A stretch of 61,588 bases of DNA, counting the filler. It is 7 parts of 7 records of this genome, joined end to end, with 100 filler letters (N's around TTAATTAATTAA, not from the genome) between each part and the next. Parts side by side here need not be neighbours in the genome. Positions count along the whole stretch, not along the records: positions 6,446 to 28,576 come from SRR31156797_13215; 6 more parts are not named here. One strand, given 5' to 3'. The notes under the pieces were generated by a model. It had not been told where the DNA came from. It was given only the letters and a program-made list of their open reading frames with translations, and did not search any database. Position numbers and translations under genes: made by a program. Shown here in pieces: positions 9,192 to 19,429 of the stretch. Numbering within the stretch: position 1 is the stretch's first letter; each line of letters starts with the position of its first letter.

Positions 9192-9835
9192 TAGAGTTTC
9201 TCTGTGTCTAGCATTCCATGTCGAATCGCTAAATGTGTTAGCTCAACATCACCGCCGATATCCAATTTAGCGAACAAACGGTAGCGATAGCTGTTGACTG
9301 TTTTTGGACTCAAATTCAGTTGTTCAGAAATATCCGTGACTTTTTGCCCTTTGGTGATCATCATCATGATCTGAAGTTCACGCTCAGACAAATCTGCAAA
9401 TGGGTTTTCAGAAGCAGGTGAAAATTGACTTAACGCCATCTGCTGGGCAATTTCTGGAGAGATATAACGCTGGCCACTGTTCACCACACGAATAGCATTC
9501 ACCATTTCGTCGGGTGCAGCACCTTTCGTTAAATAGCCCGCGGCCCCAGCTTGCATTACTTTCGTTGGGAACGGGTTTTCTGTATGTATTGTTAATACGA
9601 TGATTTTTACGTCTGGATTTAAGCGTAAAATTTTCTTAGTGGCCTCTAAACCACCAATGCCCGGCATGTTCATATCCATCAACACGACATCAGCATGGTT
9701 GTTACGACACCATTTTACCGCTTCTTCACCACTATCAGCTTCCCCTGCTATGTTCATTCCACGGACATCTTCAATAATACGTCGTATCCCTGTGCGAACC
9801 AGCTCGTGATCATCTACAAGGAAAACACTAATCAC
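9191..9835 (-). CDS. uvrY: Response regulator UvrY/GacA/VarA
   Basis: [18 protein letters not shown] with REC + LuxR HTH; GTG start at 9835 after GGAGA; overlaps the uvrC start. Confidence 0.97.
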   Translation of the reverse strand: MISVFLVDDHELVRTGIRRIIEDVRGMNIAGEADSGEEAVKWCRNNHADVVLMDMNMPGIGGLEATKKILRLNPDVKIIVLTIHTENPFPTKVMQAGAAGYLTKGAAPDEMVNAIRVVNSGQRYISPEIAQQMALSQFSPASENPFADLSERELQIMMMITKGQKVTDISEQLNLSPKTVNSYRYRLFAKLDIGGDVELTHLAIRHGMLDTEKL

Positions 9836-10250
9836 TCTTGTATCTCCACACTTATCTATTGGCTCTGCACCCACCGAGGTAGTGGATAACAGCTTGGCTG
9901 CCTAGTTTAACTCAAATTTGGAATTTTTTCTTGCACTGAATATGTGCTCAAACCCAAAGTTTAGCAAGCACTTATTTCTAAGCATTGCCATTAATTGAGA
10001 ATTTACAAAAATATCAATTTGTTAAGGCAACCGCACAAACATATCAGAGCTTTCTGACATTTGGAATGGCTTTTTTAGGAACTTTGAACAAGCTCCTGTT
10101 CTGTTAAAATTTGACATACCTTATTGCATACCATTTAAACAAAAAACGCATTTTGCCGACTGGAAAAGCCGATTCGGATTATTGAGCTTGTTTTTGATAT
10201 TATTCACGCCAGTGAACAACTGAAGCAAAAAACGCTTTTGGAACCTAAAC

Positions 10251-12614
10251 TTGAATATTCAACACGGCTTTTTATTGACTCGCCAATCTCGCGACCGACA
10301 AGGACAAACTCACATAGAGCTTTGGCTCGCTACGGACGCAGGACCAACGCAGCTCATCATTAGAGATGAAAAGCCAGTGTTGTTTGTTGAACAAGCGTCA
10401 TTATCACAAGCGAAGCAAGTACTGGAAGCAAACAGTCTATCCGCAACCCTACGCCCTCTAGATATGATGTCGTTTGATCAACGACCTCTTGCCGCCTGTT
10501 ACAGCAACACCATTCAGCAAGCAAACAGCCTTAAGACACTATTTGAACAAGAGGGCATATTAACCCTAGAAGCTGACATAAAACTCGCAGACCGTTTTCT
10601 GATGGAACGTTTTATCCAAGGTGGTTTGGCTTTTACCGGAGACTACCAACAGTTCAACGGTTACCAAAAAATCACCAACGCAAAGTGTAAAGCGGGCAAT
10701 TACACACCAAAACTCAGCGTTGTTTCTTTAGATTTAGAATGTTCTGAAAAAGGCATCCTGTACTCGATTGGTTTAGACAGTCCGATGGATAGCCGCGTCA
10801 TTATGATAGGTAACTCTCAAGATGCAGAGACAAACATACAATGGGTAGAAAACGAGTACGCCCTGTTACAAGAGCTTTGCAACTGGTTTAGTCAGTATGA
10901 TCCTGATGTGATTATCGGTTGGAACGTTATCGATTTCGATTTCCGATTACTTCATAAACGCGCTGAATTCCACAACATGAAACTGATGCTAGGCCGCGGA
11001 AATCAGCCGAGTTTTTTCCGTAGTGCCAGCCAAACTCAGCAAGGATTTATTACCATACCCGGCCGAGTAGTGCTTGATGGTATTGATACACTAAAAACCG
11101 CAACATACCACTTTCGTTCCTGGTCATTAGAATCTGTTTCACAGGAACTTCTGGGGGAAGGTAAAGATATCCATAACGTCCATGATCGCATGGATGAAAT
11201 CAATCGTATGTTCCGTCAGGACAAACCTTCTTTGGCAAAATACAACCTGCAAGACTGCGTACTGGTTAATAGAATTTTTGAACACACTCACCTATTAGAT
11301 TTTGCGATTGAGCGTTCTCGTTTGACTGGCGTCGAGCTCGATCGTGTGGGTGGTTCTGTTGCTGCATTCACCAACTTATATCTGCCACAACTTCACCGAG
11401 CCGGCTACGTCGCCCCTAATCTACACTCTGAGAACTGGTTAGCCAGCCCGGGTGGTTACGTGATGGATTCCATTCCCGGGTTATACGACTCAGTATTAGT
11501 CTTGGACTTCAAGAGTCTGTACCCTTCGATCATCCGCTCATTTCTGATTGATCCACTCGGGCTGATAGAAGGGTTAAAACTCGACATTGGCAATGCCGAT
11601 GATCAGGCTGTTCCCGGATTCCGTGGCGGTCAGTTCCACAGAAGCAAACATTTCCTACCAGCAATGATCGAAAACCTGTGGGCAGCACGTGATGTCGCTA
11701 AGAAAAACAACGACAAAGCCTTCTCACAAGCGATTAAAATCATCATGAACTCATTCTATGGTGTACTGGGTTCTTCAGGCTGTCGGTTCTTTGATACCCG
11801 CCTGGCCTCAAGCATTACCATGCGCGGCCACGAGATCATGAAACAAACGAAGGTGTTGGTAGAAGAACAAGGTTATCAAGTGATCTACGGTGATACCGAT
11901 TCTACGTTTGTTTCTTTGGGTAAAGAGCATAGCCAAGCAGATGCCGACACGATTGGCAAAGTGCTTGTTGAGCGCATTAACCAGTGGTGGACAACGCATT
12001 TACAGCAGCAATACGCCCTGACATCCATGCTCGAGATAGAGTATGAGACTCATTACCGAAAGTTCCTGATGCCAACCATTCGTGGAGCAGAAACTGGCTC
12101 TAAAAAACGTTACGCAGGCCTGATTGGTGAAGGTGAGAGTGAGCGTCTGGTATTTAAAGGACTGGAAAGTGCCAGAACCGATTGGACAGCACTAGCGCAA
12201 CGCTTTCAAAATACGCTTTATTCCATGGTTTTTCACGGAGAGAACCCCGATGATTTTGTTCGTCAGATGGTTGAAGATACGTTAGCGGGCAAGTTTGATG
12301 ACGAGCTCGTTTATCAGAAGCGATTGCGTAGAAAACTGCATGAGTACCAAAAGAACATTCCGCCACAGGTTCGTGCCGCTCGTATGGCAGACGAAATCAA
12401 TACTCAACTGGGCCGCCCGTTGCAATACCAAAACCGTGGACGAATTGAGTACTTAATCACCGTCAACGGGCCTGAACCGAAAGAGTACTTAAAAAGCCGG
12501 ATTGATTATCAGCATTACATCGATAAACAGCTAAAGCCCGTAGCTGACGCGATATTGCCATTTATTGGCAAGCAATTTGAATCGTTAAGCCTGCCCCAAC
12601 TTGGTCTGTTTTAA
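10251..12614 (+). CDS. polB: DNA polymerase II
   Basis: Family B motifs LDFKSLYPS, KIIMNSFYG, YGDTDS; exonuclease DLE. Confidence 0.98.
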   Translation: MNIQHGFLLTRQSRDRQGQTHIELWLATDAGPTQLIIRDEKPVLFVEQASLSQAKQVLEANSLSATLRPLDMMSFDQRPLAACYSNTIQQANSLKTLFEQEGILTLEADIKLADRFLMERFIQGGLAFTGDYQQFNGYQKITNAKCKAGNYTPKLSVVSLDLECSEKGILYSIGLDSPMDSRVIMIGNSQDAETNIQWVENEYALLQELCNWFSQYDPDVIIGWNVIDFDFRLLHKRAEFHNMKLMLGRGNQPSFFRSASQTQQGFITIPGRVVLDGIDTLKTATYHFRSWSLESVSQELLGEGKDIHNVHDRMDEINRMFRQDKPSLAKYNLQDCVLVNRIFEHTHLLDFAIERSRLTGVELDRVGGSVAAFTNLYLPQLHRAGYVAPNLHSENWLASPGGYVMDSIPGLYDSVLVLDFKSLYPSIIRSFLIDPLGLIEGLKLDIGNADDQAVPGFRGGQFHRSKHFLPAMIENLWAARDVAKKNNDKAFSQAIKIIMNSFYGVLGSSGCRFFDTRLASSITMRGHEIMKQTKVLVEEQGYQVIYGDTDSTFVSLGKEHSQADADTIGKVLVERINQWWTTHLQQQYALTSMLEIEYETHYRKFLMPTIRGAETGSKKRYAGLIGEGESERLVFKGLESARTDWTALAQRFQNTLYSMVFHGENPDDFVRQMVEDTLAGKFDDELVYQKRLRRKLHEYQKNIPPQVRAARMADEINTQLGRPLQYQNRGRIEYLITVNGPEPKEYLKSRIDYQHYIDKQLKPVADAILPFIGKQFESLSLPQLGLF

Positions 12615-14698
12615 ACCGCTTGCTTGGTTTCTATCATCTGTGGTGCGTTTTGTACGTAGCTAATGTAGTTTTCTACGCTCAACGATTTGCTGAAGAGCCA
12701 TCCTTGAATGGATAAATTAGGGTTATCGGAAATCCGTTGCAATTGCTCTTCTGTTTCTACACCTTCAACCACCACGGCCAAATCAAGCTCATTAGCAACC
12801 GATTGAATACTTGAAAAGACTTTCTGCCCTTTTTCAGTATCGAGTGCCAGGACAAAGGAACGATCAATCTTAATTGCGTCGATCTCAAACCGATTGAGAT
12901 AACTTAACGAAGAGTAACCCGTCCCAAAATCATCGATGTAAATTTTCACGTCCATTTGGTGAAGTCGATTCAGCGCGCGCTGTAATGAATTCTCATCAAC
13001 CAGCAAGGTTTCCTCGGTAATCTCTATGTGAATTTGGTGGCTTATAGGTTTAATGGCTGAGATGATTTTTTGCAGATATTCCTCATCAACCAGGGTATCG
13101 GGCGTAATGTTAATACTGACAGGCACATAAATTCCAAGTTGGTTCCAATGCTGAATGTCTTTCGCAACCCGTTTAAATACCCATAAATCCATATCTTTCA
13201 TCAGACCAGCTCTTTCTAACCATGGAAGAAACTGGCCAGGTGCTTGACGGCGACCATGTGAATCCATCGCTCGAATCAAGGCTTCACAACCAACGACTGC
13301 GCCGTTATGTTTTGCCACTTGTGGTTGATACTCCATGCAAAACTCAATTTCGCTGATCTCTTGCAATTGCCTTTCGATCGTGGCTTGAAGGCTTTCTCTT
13401 TGCTGAGCGAGCAAGATAGGATCATCAGTTAAAGTCTGAGCTTCTTCCTGACGTCTCATGTACGTGGTATCGAGTGAAGAAATTCGAATTTCCTGTAAAT
13501 CAAATGAACGATTCATGGCAAACACGGCTGGCAGGTATATCAACATTCCCACCACAATATTGACCAACTGCAATCCAATCGAGTTCCAATCCCCTTGAGT
13601 GGCAATTAAAGCGTTAACAAACAGTGGCGCATTAAATGGAACCGGAACTGAAGGAATAGTAACCCACCCCATTTGGACAACGGTTAGCCCGATCACCACA
13701 TTCGCTAACGGAGCGAGTAGAAACGGTAAGAACAGTCGAGGGTTGAAAATAATCGGTAAGCCAAACAGCAAAATTTCATTCACATTAATCAAACCGATAG
13801 GAATGCTGGCTATCGCAATCAAGCGTAATGTCTTTTGCTTAGAGAATAGCAATAACGCCAGAACCAAAGATAACGTCGAGCCACTGCCACCAATAAAGAC
13901 AAATGCCCCCATAAACGAAAGGTTCATCGCATAAGGAGCATCACCACCAGCCATCACTGTCGAGTATGTTAAATCACTCGCTTGCTGAAGCAATTCCACC
14001 ATAGGAAGTAAGGCGTAATAGCCGTGAATACCTAAAAACCATAACACCGAATTTAAAAAGGCAAATATTCCACCAAATAGATAAGGGTCGTTGGCATAAT
14101 CAAAAATCAGGTAATTATCAAACGATAACAGTGACACTGAGCTGACTAAGAGCTTGCTAACCGCAATCACAACGCCCAAGGTAATGATGGCAGGAAAGAC
14201 TAAATTGAGTGATTCTTTGACAATGGTTCCGGCACTATTGGACTGAGTAACATGAAACAGTTTGATTGAAAACAGATAAGCAATAAGAGGAATCGCGTAG
14301 AGAGGAGTGACGATGGCCATCACGATTTTAAACATCTCGAGTTCTTGCTTAACATGAATAACTGACGCTGAAATGACTAAGTAGAGAATGCAAAGCAAAG
14401 CCATTGGTGGCCTAGGTACTCTCCAACGCATAGCGAGAACGTATGAAATAGCAGCGGTCATTAAATAGGGAAATACATCACCAATAGCGCTATTCATGCT
14501 GTAGAACGCCTGCACCCATACAGGACGACTACCTAAAATGAATTCTGCAATACAGGCAACGAATAACGCAAAAGAAGACAGCATCAGGCAAGGTATCAAC
14601 CAAATCATACTTTGCCGGATGGCATGCATCGATGAATGAGAATATTTCAGCAAACGTCCTAAAAGGTGCTTGCGCAAGTTTAACAGAGTTACCACCAT
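12611..14698 (-). CDS. PTS EIIC (Lac/cellobiose family)-EAL c-di-GMP phosphodiesterase fusion
   Basis: N-terminal EIIC motifs (WFLGIHG, GGSGSTL, INVNEILLFGLPIIFNP); C-terminal EAL, DDFGTGYSSL, EGVET, QGW. Confidence 0.9.
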   Translation of the reverse strand: MVVTLLNLRKHLLGRLLKYSHSSMHAIRQSMIWLIPCLMLSSFALFVACIAEFILGSRPVWVQAFYSMNSAIGDVFPYLMTAAISYVLAMRWRVPRPPMALLCILYLVISASVIHVKQELEMFKIVMAIVTPLYAIPLIAYLFSIKLFHVTQSNSAGTIVKESLNLVFPAIITLGVVIAVSKLLVSSVSLLSFDNYLIFDYANDPYLFGGIFAFLNSVLWFLGIHGYYALLPMVELLQQASDLTYSTVMAGGDAPYAMNLSFMGAFVFIGGSGSTLSLVLALLLFSKQKTLRLIAIASIPIGLINVNEILLFGLPIIFNPRLFLPFLLAPLANVVIGLTVVQMGWVTIPSVPVPFNAPLFVNALIATQGDWNSIGLQLVNIVVGMLIYLPAVFAMNRSFDLQEIRISSLDTTYMRRQEEAQTLTDDPILLAQQRESLQATIERQLQEISEIEFCMEYQPQVAKHNGAVVGCEALIRAMDSHGRRQAPGQFLPWLERAGLMKDMDLWVFKRVAKDIQHWNQLGIYVPVSINITPDTLVDEEYLQKIISAIKPISHQIHIEITEETLLVDENSLQRALNRLHQMDVKIYIDDFGTGYSSLSYLNRFEIDAIKIDRSFVLALDTEKGQKVFSSIQSVANELDLAVVVEGVETEEQLQRISDNPNLSIQGWLFSKSLSVENYISYVQNAPQMIETKQAV

Positions 14699-14784
14699 AA
14701 TACTGTTCCACTAACCTCTACTATTTAAAGTTAGCACAATCGTTTAGACATCCAATGATCAGACGTCTTTTATTAATAAATTTA

Positions 14785-15552
14785 TCAGCCAATTCTGAAC
14801 TCTGTTTTTTGATATTGCTGCACCAACCAAGGGCCAAAGCTATCGAGTAAGCCTATAACCGAACGTTTAGGTATCACTCGGTCCCGCAATAACAAACCAA
14901 GACGCTCTACTTCTAACTGCTTTTCTGGATGGTAGCGAAGGAAGTGTTCACCACATTCAACTGGGTCATCAAACCACTGTTTATCTCGATACATAACGAG
15001 AGAGTAACTCGCCCTTAGCAGTTTTTTCGCCAACGCTTGTTGTGCATTCAACAACTCTGTTTGTGATTTTGCTTTCGCGATTCGTTCACGAAGTATTGGC
15101 ACCCAATCACCAATATCCATGTTCCAGTGTTTGGCAATCTCCCAGCTCGGTTCAAAATCACCGAAACACTCGGATAAATCATCGCCATGCACACATACAC
15201 AGCAATGCTTAAGCATAAAACCCCAAGTAAAAATGCTATCTAGTGTAGCGACATCATCGACTAAGGCGGTCTTAACACTAACACCATTCACAAACGGAAA
15301 ACTCTTTTGAAAGCGCCAACGAATCGTATTAAGAAGGGTGGTTTTTCTATCGTCAAATGCTCGCTTTGTAACAATCACAACATCAACGTTTGATTTACCG
15401 GGCACCGCCGTTTTGCGGGCGACACTGCCATACAGATAAATACTATGTAACGCCTCGCCTACTCCTGCCCGTAAGAACTTGACCAAATCGTCAACCACAG
15501 GTTGATAGTCAGGCTGAAATGGCTGTTTAGGATCGATAACTGGTAACGTCAT
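14785..15552 (-). CDS. Nucleotidyltransferase-domain protein
   Basis: YLYGSVAR...SNVDV Pol-beta-like signature plus a helical C-terminus. Confidence 0.8.
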   Translation of the reverse strand: MTLPVIDPKQPFQPDYQPVVDDLVKFLRAGVGEALHSIYLYGSVARKTAVPGKSNVDVVIVTKRAFDDRKTTLLNTIRWRFQKSFPFVNGVSVKTALVDDVATLDSIFTWGFMLKHCCVCVHGDDLSECFGDFEPSWEIAKHWNMDIGDWVPILRERIAKAKSQTELLNAQQALAKKLLRASYSLVMYRDKQWFDDPVECGEHFLRYHPEKQLEVERLGLLLRDRVIPKRSVIGLLDSFGPWLVQQYQKTEFRIG

Positions 15553-15764
15553 AAAATAATGATTGAGATTATTAGTGAAGAAGTAACCTTTTTATGTTCC
15601 CCTATGCTGCGACTTGAATCAATAGCTTATATTGAAATTGCTCCACCAAACCATATGAATTAAAAAATTCACTACGATTTATCAACTCTAACAGAGTCTG
15701 TTATTCCTTTTCTGGTCTGCCTTTATGTATAATGCGCCAAAAGATAAACGAAGGATAAAACTCC

Positions 15765-16331
15765 ATGCCAAAGGCAAGTGAACTTAAAAAAGGTTTTGCA
15801 ATTGTATCTAACGGCAAAACACTACTCATCAAAGATATCGAAGTAACGACTCCTGGCGGTCGTGGCGGCTCAAAAATCTACAAGCTACGTTGTACAGATT
15901 TGACAACAGGTACTCGTGTTGATGAACGCTACAAGTCGGACGATTTCCTAGACACAGTAGATATGAACAAGCGCAACGTATCTTTCTCTTACGTTGACGG
16001 CGATGAGTACATCTTTATGGATAACGAAGACTACTCGCAGTTCACTTTCAAGAAAGATGAAATTGAAGATGAACTGCTGTTCATCACTGAAGAAATCCAA
16101 GGTATGCAAGTGGTACTGGTTGACGGTAAATCTGTCGCTATTGAACTGCCTTCTTCTGTTGAAATGGTCATTGAAGAAACTGACCCTTCAATCAAAGGGG
16201 CTTCAGCTTCAGCTCGTACTAAGCCTGCTCGTTTCGCAACAGGTTTAACTGTTCAGGTTCCTGAGTACATTGCCACTGGCGAACGCGTTATCATCAACAC
16301 AACTGAACGTAAGTTCATGAGCCGAGCGTAA
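15765..16331 (+). CDS. yeiP: Elongation factor P-like protein EfpL/YeiP
   Basis: MPKASELKKG, PGGRGG loop, GASASARTKPA, QVPEYI. Confidence 0.95.
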   Translation: MPKASELKKGFAIVSNGKTLLIKDIEVTTPGGRGGSKIYKLRCTDLTTGTRVDERYKSDDFLDTVDMNKRNVSFSYVDGDEYIFMDNEDYSQFTFKKDEIEDELLFITEEIQGMQVVLVDGKSVAIELPSSVEMVIEETDPSIKGASASARTKPARFATGLTVQVPEYIATGERVIINTTERKFMSRA

Positions 16332-16332
16332 T

Positions 16333-16653
16333 ATGTCTGAATTGATTTCATTTGACGACGCAATCGAAGCTGCATACGACATTTTTCTAGAAATGGCTCC
16401 AGACAACCTGGAACCTGCTGATGTCATTCTGTTTACGGCACAATTTGATGATCGTGGTGCTGCAGAAATAGTTGAAGTAGGTGACGATTGGGAAGAGCAA
16501 GTAGGTTTTGATGTTGATAAAGAGATCTACGCAGAAGTTCGTATTGGCCTAGTCAATGAAGCCAATGACGAGCTGGATGATGTTTTCGCAAGAATGCTGA
16601 TCAGCCTCGACCCAGACAACAAAGCTTGCCATATGATGTGGAAACGCGATTAA
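16333..16653 (+). CDS. yciU: HI1450/YciU family acidic dsDNA-mimic protein
   Basis: Very acidic 106 aa; AYDIFLEMAPDNL...QFDDRG. Confidence 0.88.
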   Translation: MSELISFDDAIEAAYDIFLEMAPDNLEPADVILFTAQFDDRGAAEIVEVGDDWEEQVGFDVDKEIYAEVRIGLVNEANDELDDVFARMLISLDPDNKACHMMWKRD

Positions 16654-16674
16654 GCCGTTCCCATTCATAATCGG

Positions 16675-16706
16675 AAACGCCAACCTACGGGTTGGCGTTT
16701 TTATTT
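16675..16706. terminator. Terminator hairpin between convergent yciU and yqfB
   Basis: AAACGCCAACC-tacg-GGTTGGCGTTT followed by T-rich tail. Confidence 0.8.
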
Positions 16707-16725
16707 ATGTTCGTCAGAAGTGATA

Positions 16726-17043
16726 TCAATCTACTTTCTGATAGTGAATAACGTAAAGTTGCTCGATTCCCGGATAGATGTCTTCAATGACCTGTTTTAA
16801 CTGAGGTAACGTCATGTTTTCTTGTTCGGCATGATACTCACTGAGTTCAGAAAACAGTACAGGCTCGACAGAAAGAATCTTCAAACGACAAAACCAACGC
16901 CCCTCTTCTAACGTACTCACATCGACGACTGAATTGACTTGGTAATCTTTTTCACTTTCATCACGAATAGTTATGACCTTTTTCCCTGATAAAATATCGG
17001 CTTCAAATCGAGAAAAGAATGTCATTGTGGTGGGATACTGCAT
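16726..17043 (-). CDS. yqfB: ASCH-domain N4-acetylcytidine amidohydrolase
   Basis: TFFSRFEADILSGKKVITIRD, HAEQENMTL..LK.VI..IYPG; start taken at ATG 17043. Confidence 0.9.
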   Translation of the reverse strand: MQYPTTMTFFSRFEADILSGKKVITIRDESEKDYQVNSVVDVSTLEEGRWFCRLKILSVEPVLFSELSEYHAEQENMTLPQLKQVIEDIYPGIEQLYVIHYQKVD

Positions 17044-17187
17044 AAAACCTTCATCGAACAACGAATTATTGAACAAGTATACAATTAGATGATACTTTGT
17101 GCCTTATCACATAAATAAAAATTTATTTACTTCAAGTGCATAAAGAGAAATTCTGCCATTGCAATTTCTTGCTAACTCGTAAAGTAT

Positions 17188-17199
17188 TTGTATATTCAA
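17188..17199. promoter_or_regulatory. Probable HutC operator upstream of hutC
   Basis: TTGTATATTCAA, one mismatch to the HutC consensus TGTA-N2-TACA. Confidence 0.55.
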
Positions 17200-17231
17200 T
17201 TATAGCCTATTAACCCTATTCCTGAGTTCAC

Positions 17232-17951
17232 ATGTCATCATCACCGCTATACAGACAAATAAAACAGTTCATCGAAGATAAAATCGAATCAGGCCACTGG
17301 CCCGTTGGTCATCGTATTAGTACCGAGTTAGAACTGACAGAGCAATTTAACGTCAGTCGTATGACAGTGAACAAAGCAATTCGTGACTTAGTCTCCGAAG
17401 GTAAATTGCAACGCCGACCAAGACTGGGGACCTTCGTTTGTTTACCACAAGAAAAAGCAGAATCCCCTCTTCTGGATATTCGCAACATTGCCGATGAAGT
17501 ACTTAGTCGGGGTAAACAGTACCACAGTAAAGTAATTCAACAGCGAGTTCTGGTTGCTGACGAAAACGTCGCAATAAAACTCGGCATTATGGTTGGCAGC
17601 CAAGTCTTTTACAGCGAGATACTTCATTACGAAAATGATACCCCTCTGCAACTGGAAGTCCGCTGGGTTAATAGCCGATATGCACCGAACTATCTGGAGC
17701 AGGATTTCTCTACCATCACGCCAAACCAGTATCTATCAGCGAACTGTCCGCTAAGTGCCATTGAGCACACGGTAGAAGCGATTGTTCCAGATAGCACCAT
17801 CAAAACTAAACTAGAGCTTGCTAGCAATGAGCCTTGTCTGCTTCTGAATCGCCGTACCTGGAGTGATGATAAGCTGGTCAGTTCCGCTCTGCTTTATCAT
17901 CCGGGCTCGAAATATAAGCTGACATCAAAAGTTCTGCTAAACGAGAAATAA
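17232..17951 (+). CDS. hutC: Histidine utilization repressor
   Basis: GntR HTH (VSRMTVNKA) plus UTRA domain; heads the hut cluster. Confidence 0.96.
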   Translation: MSSSPLYRQIKQFIEDKIESGHWPVGHRISTELELTEQFNVSRMTVNKAIRDLVSEGKLQRRPRLGTFVCLPQEKAESPLLDIRNIADEVLSRGKQYHSKVIQQRVLVADENVAIKLGIMVGSQVFYSEILHYENDTPLQLEVRWVNSRYAPNYLEQDFSTITPNQYLSANCPLSAIEHTVEAIVPDSTIKTKLELASNEPCLLLNRRTWSDDKLVSSALLYHPGSKYKLTSKVLLNEK

Positions 17952-17990
17952 AATCATCACATTTTCACAACATTCTGCTTGATCAAAACG

Positions 17991-18018
17991 TGTAATTACA
18001 TTATTAATTGTATATACA
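17991..18018. promoter_or_regulatory. Tandem HutC operators upstream of hutI
   Basis: TGTAATTACA (17991-18000) and TGTATATACA (18009-18018), both perfect TGTA-N2-TACA. Confidence 0.8.
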
Positions 18019-18069
18019 TTTAAACATACAAATAAAATCGTATGTCGTTAATGACTAAGTAGGGATGCA

Positions 18070-19275
18070 ATGGAACTTGTTTTAACCAATGCTCGTATTG
18101 TTAGCATGCAAGCCGGAACTGATGGCTACCAGCCAAGCGTACCGAAGACAATTATCATCAAACATGGCCGCATTGACGCCATCACCGATCAGATCGTTGA
18201 TACTAAGGGCAGCTTCGTCGTGGACTGTGCTGGCAAGCTTGTCACTCCGGGGTTAATCGACGCCCATACCCATCTTGTTTATGAAGGTAACAGAGCCAAC
18301 GAATTCGAAATGCGTTTGCAAGGTGTGCCGTATCAAACAATAGCAGCACAAGGTGGTGGCATTATTTCAACGGTTAAAGCAACCCGTGAAGCTTCTATCG
18401 AGCAGCTTGTTGAAACTGCGCTTCCTCGACTCGATGGTCTACTGCAAAGTGGCGTAACCTCTGTAGAAATAAAATCGGGCTACGGTTTAACTCTTGAAGA
18501 TGAAATTAAAATGCTTCAAGCGGCGAAAGAGCTAGAACAGCATCGTCGAGTAAAAATCACCACAACGTTGTTAGCCGCTCATGCACTCCCCCCTGAGTAC
18601 AAAGACCGTCCTGATGACTACATCGAACATATTTGCCAAGCGATCATCCCTCTCGTTGCAGAGCAAAAACTTGCCACCAGCGTCGACGTATTTTGCGAGT
18701 CAATTGGCTTCAACTTAGAGCAAACAGAAAAAGTATTCCGTTGCGCGATTGAGCACGGCTTAAAAGTGAAAGGTCACACCGAGCAGCTTTCAAATCTGGG
18801 CGGTACCGCTTTAACGGCTAGCTACAACGGCCTTTCCGCAGACCACATTGAGTATTTAGATGAGCAAGGCGTCGAAGCCTTAGCAAAGTCAGGAACAGTA
18901 GCCACTCTACTCCCAGGCGCATTTTACTTCTTACGCGAAACTCAAAAGCCACCGATTGAGCTACTGCGCCAACATCAAATCCCAATGGCACTAGCGACCG
19001 ACATTAACCCTGGCACCTCCCCTTTCGCCGATCTCACTCTGATAATGAATATGGGCTGTACGCTATTTGGCTTAACGCCAGAAGAGAGCCTACGAGGCGT
19101 GACATGCCACGCTGCGAAAGCGTTGGGCTACGGTGATTCACGCGGCCAAATCCGTGAAGGATATGATGCTGACCTGGCGATTTGGAACATCGACCACCCA
19201 GCCGACCTTAGCTATCAGGTCGGAGTGCCGCGGCTATATGCACGTATTGTCGACGGGGAAGTCAGCCACGACTAA
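18070..19275 (+). CDS. hutI: Imidazolonepropionase
   Basis: [29 protein letters not shown]. Confidence 0.97.
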   Translation: MELVLTNARIVSMQAGTDGYQPSVPKTIIIKHGRIDAITDQIVDTKGSFVVDCAGKLVTPGLIDAHTHLVYEGNRANEFEMRLQGVPYQTIAAQGGGIISTVKATREASIEQLVETALPRLDGLLQSGVTSVEIKSGYGLTLEDEIKMLQAAKELEQHRRVKITTTLLAAHALPPEYKDRPDDYIEHICQAIIPLVAEQKLATSVDVFCESIGFNLEQTEKVFRCAIEHGLKVKGHTEQLSNLGGTALTASYNGLSADHIEYLDEQGVEALAKSGTVATLLPGAFYFLRETQKPPIELLRQHQIPMALATDINPGTSPFADLTLIMNMGCTLFGLTPEESLRGVTCHAAKALGYGDSRGQIREGYDADLAIWNIDHPADLSYQVGVPRLYARIVDGEVSHD

Positions 19276-19369
19276 ATCGCTCAACCACTCATTTCGGGAA
19301 GTTGCGATAAAGGCGACTACCCTCACGAGTCATTCAATTAACCACAAGCTCCATGGAAAACGAGCTTAA
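19268..19369 (+). pseudogene. Possible remnant of formimidoylglutamase hutG
   Basis: Only 154 nt separate hutI and hutU, where Vibrio usually has hutG. The hutI end reads CACGACTAA (ACG at an overlapped-start position) and opens TTKSLNHSF... Confidence 0.4.
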
Positions 19370-19429
19370 ACCTGATGATGTTTGGCGCAATGACATCGCC
19401 AAACCGATAATGATGAAAAGGAGTCTCAC

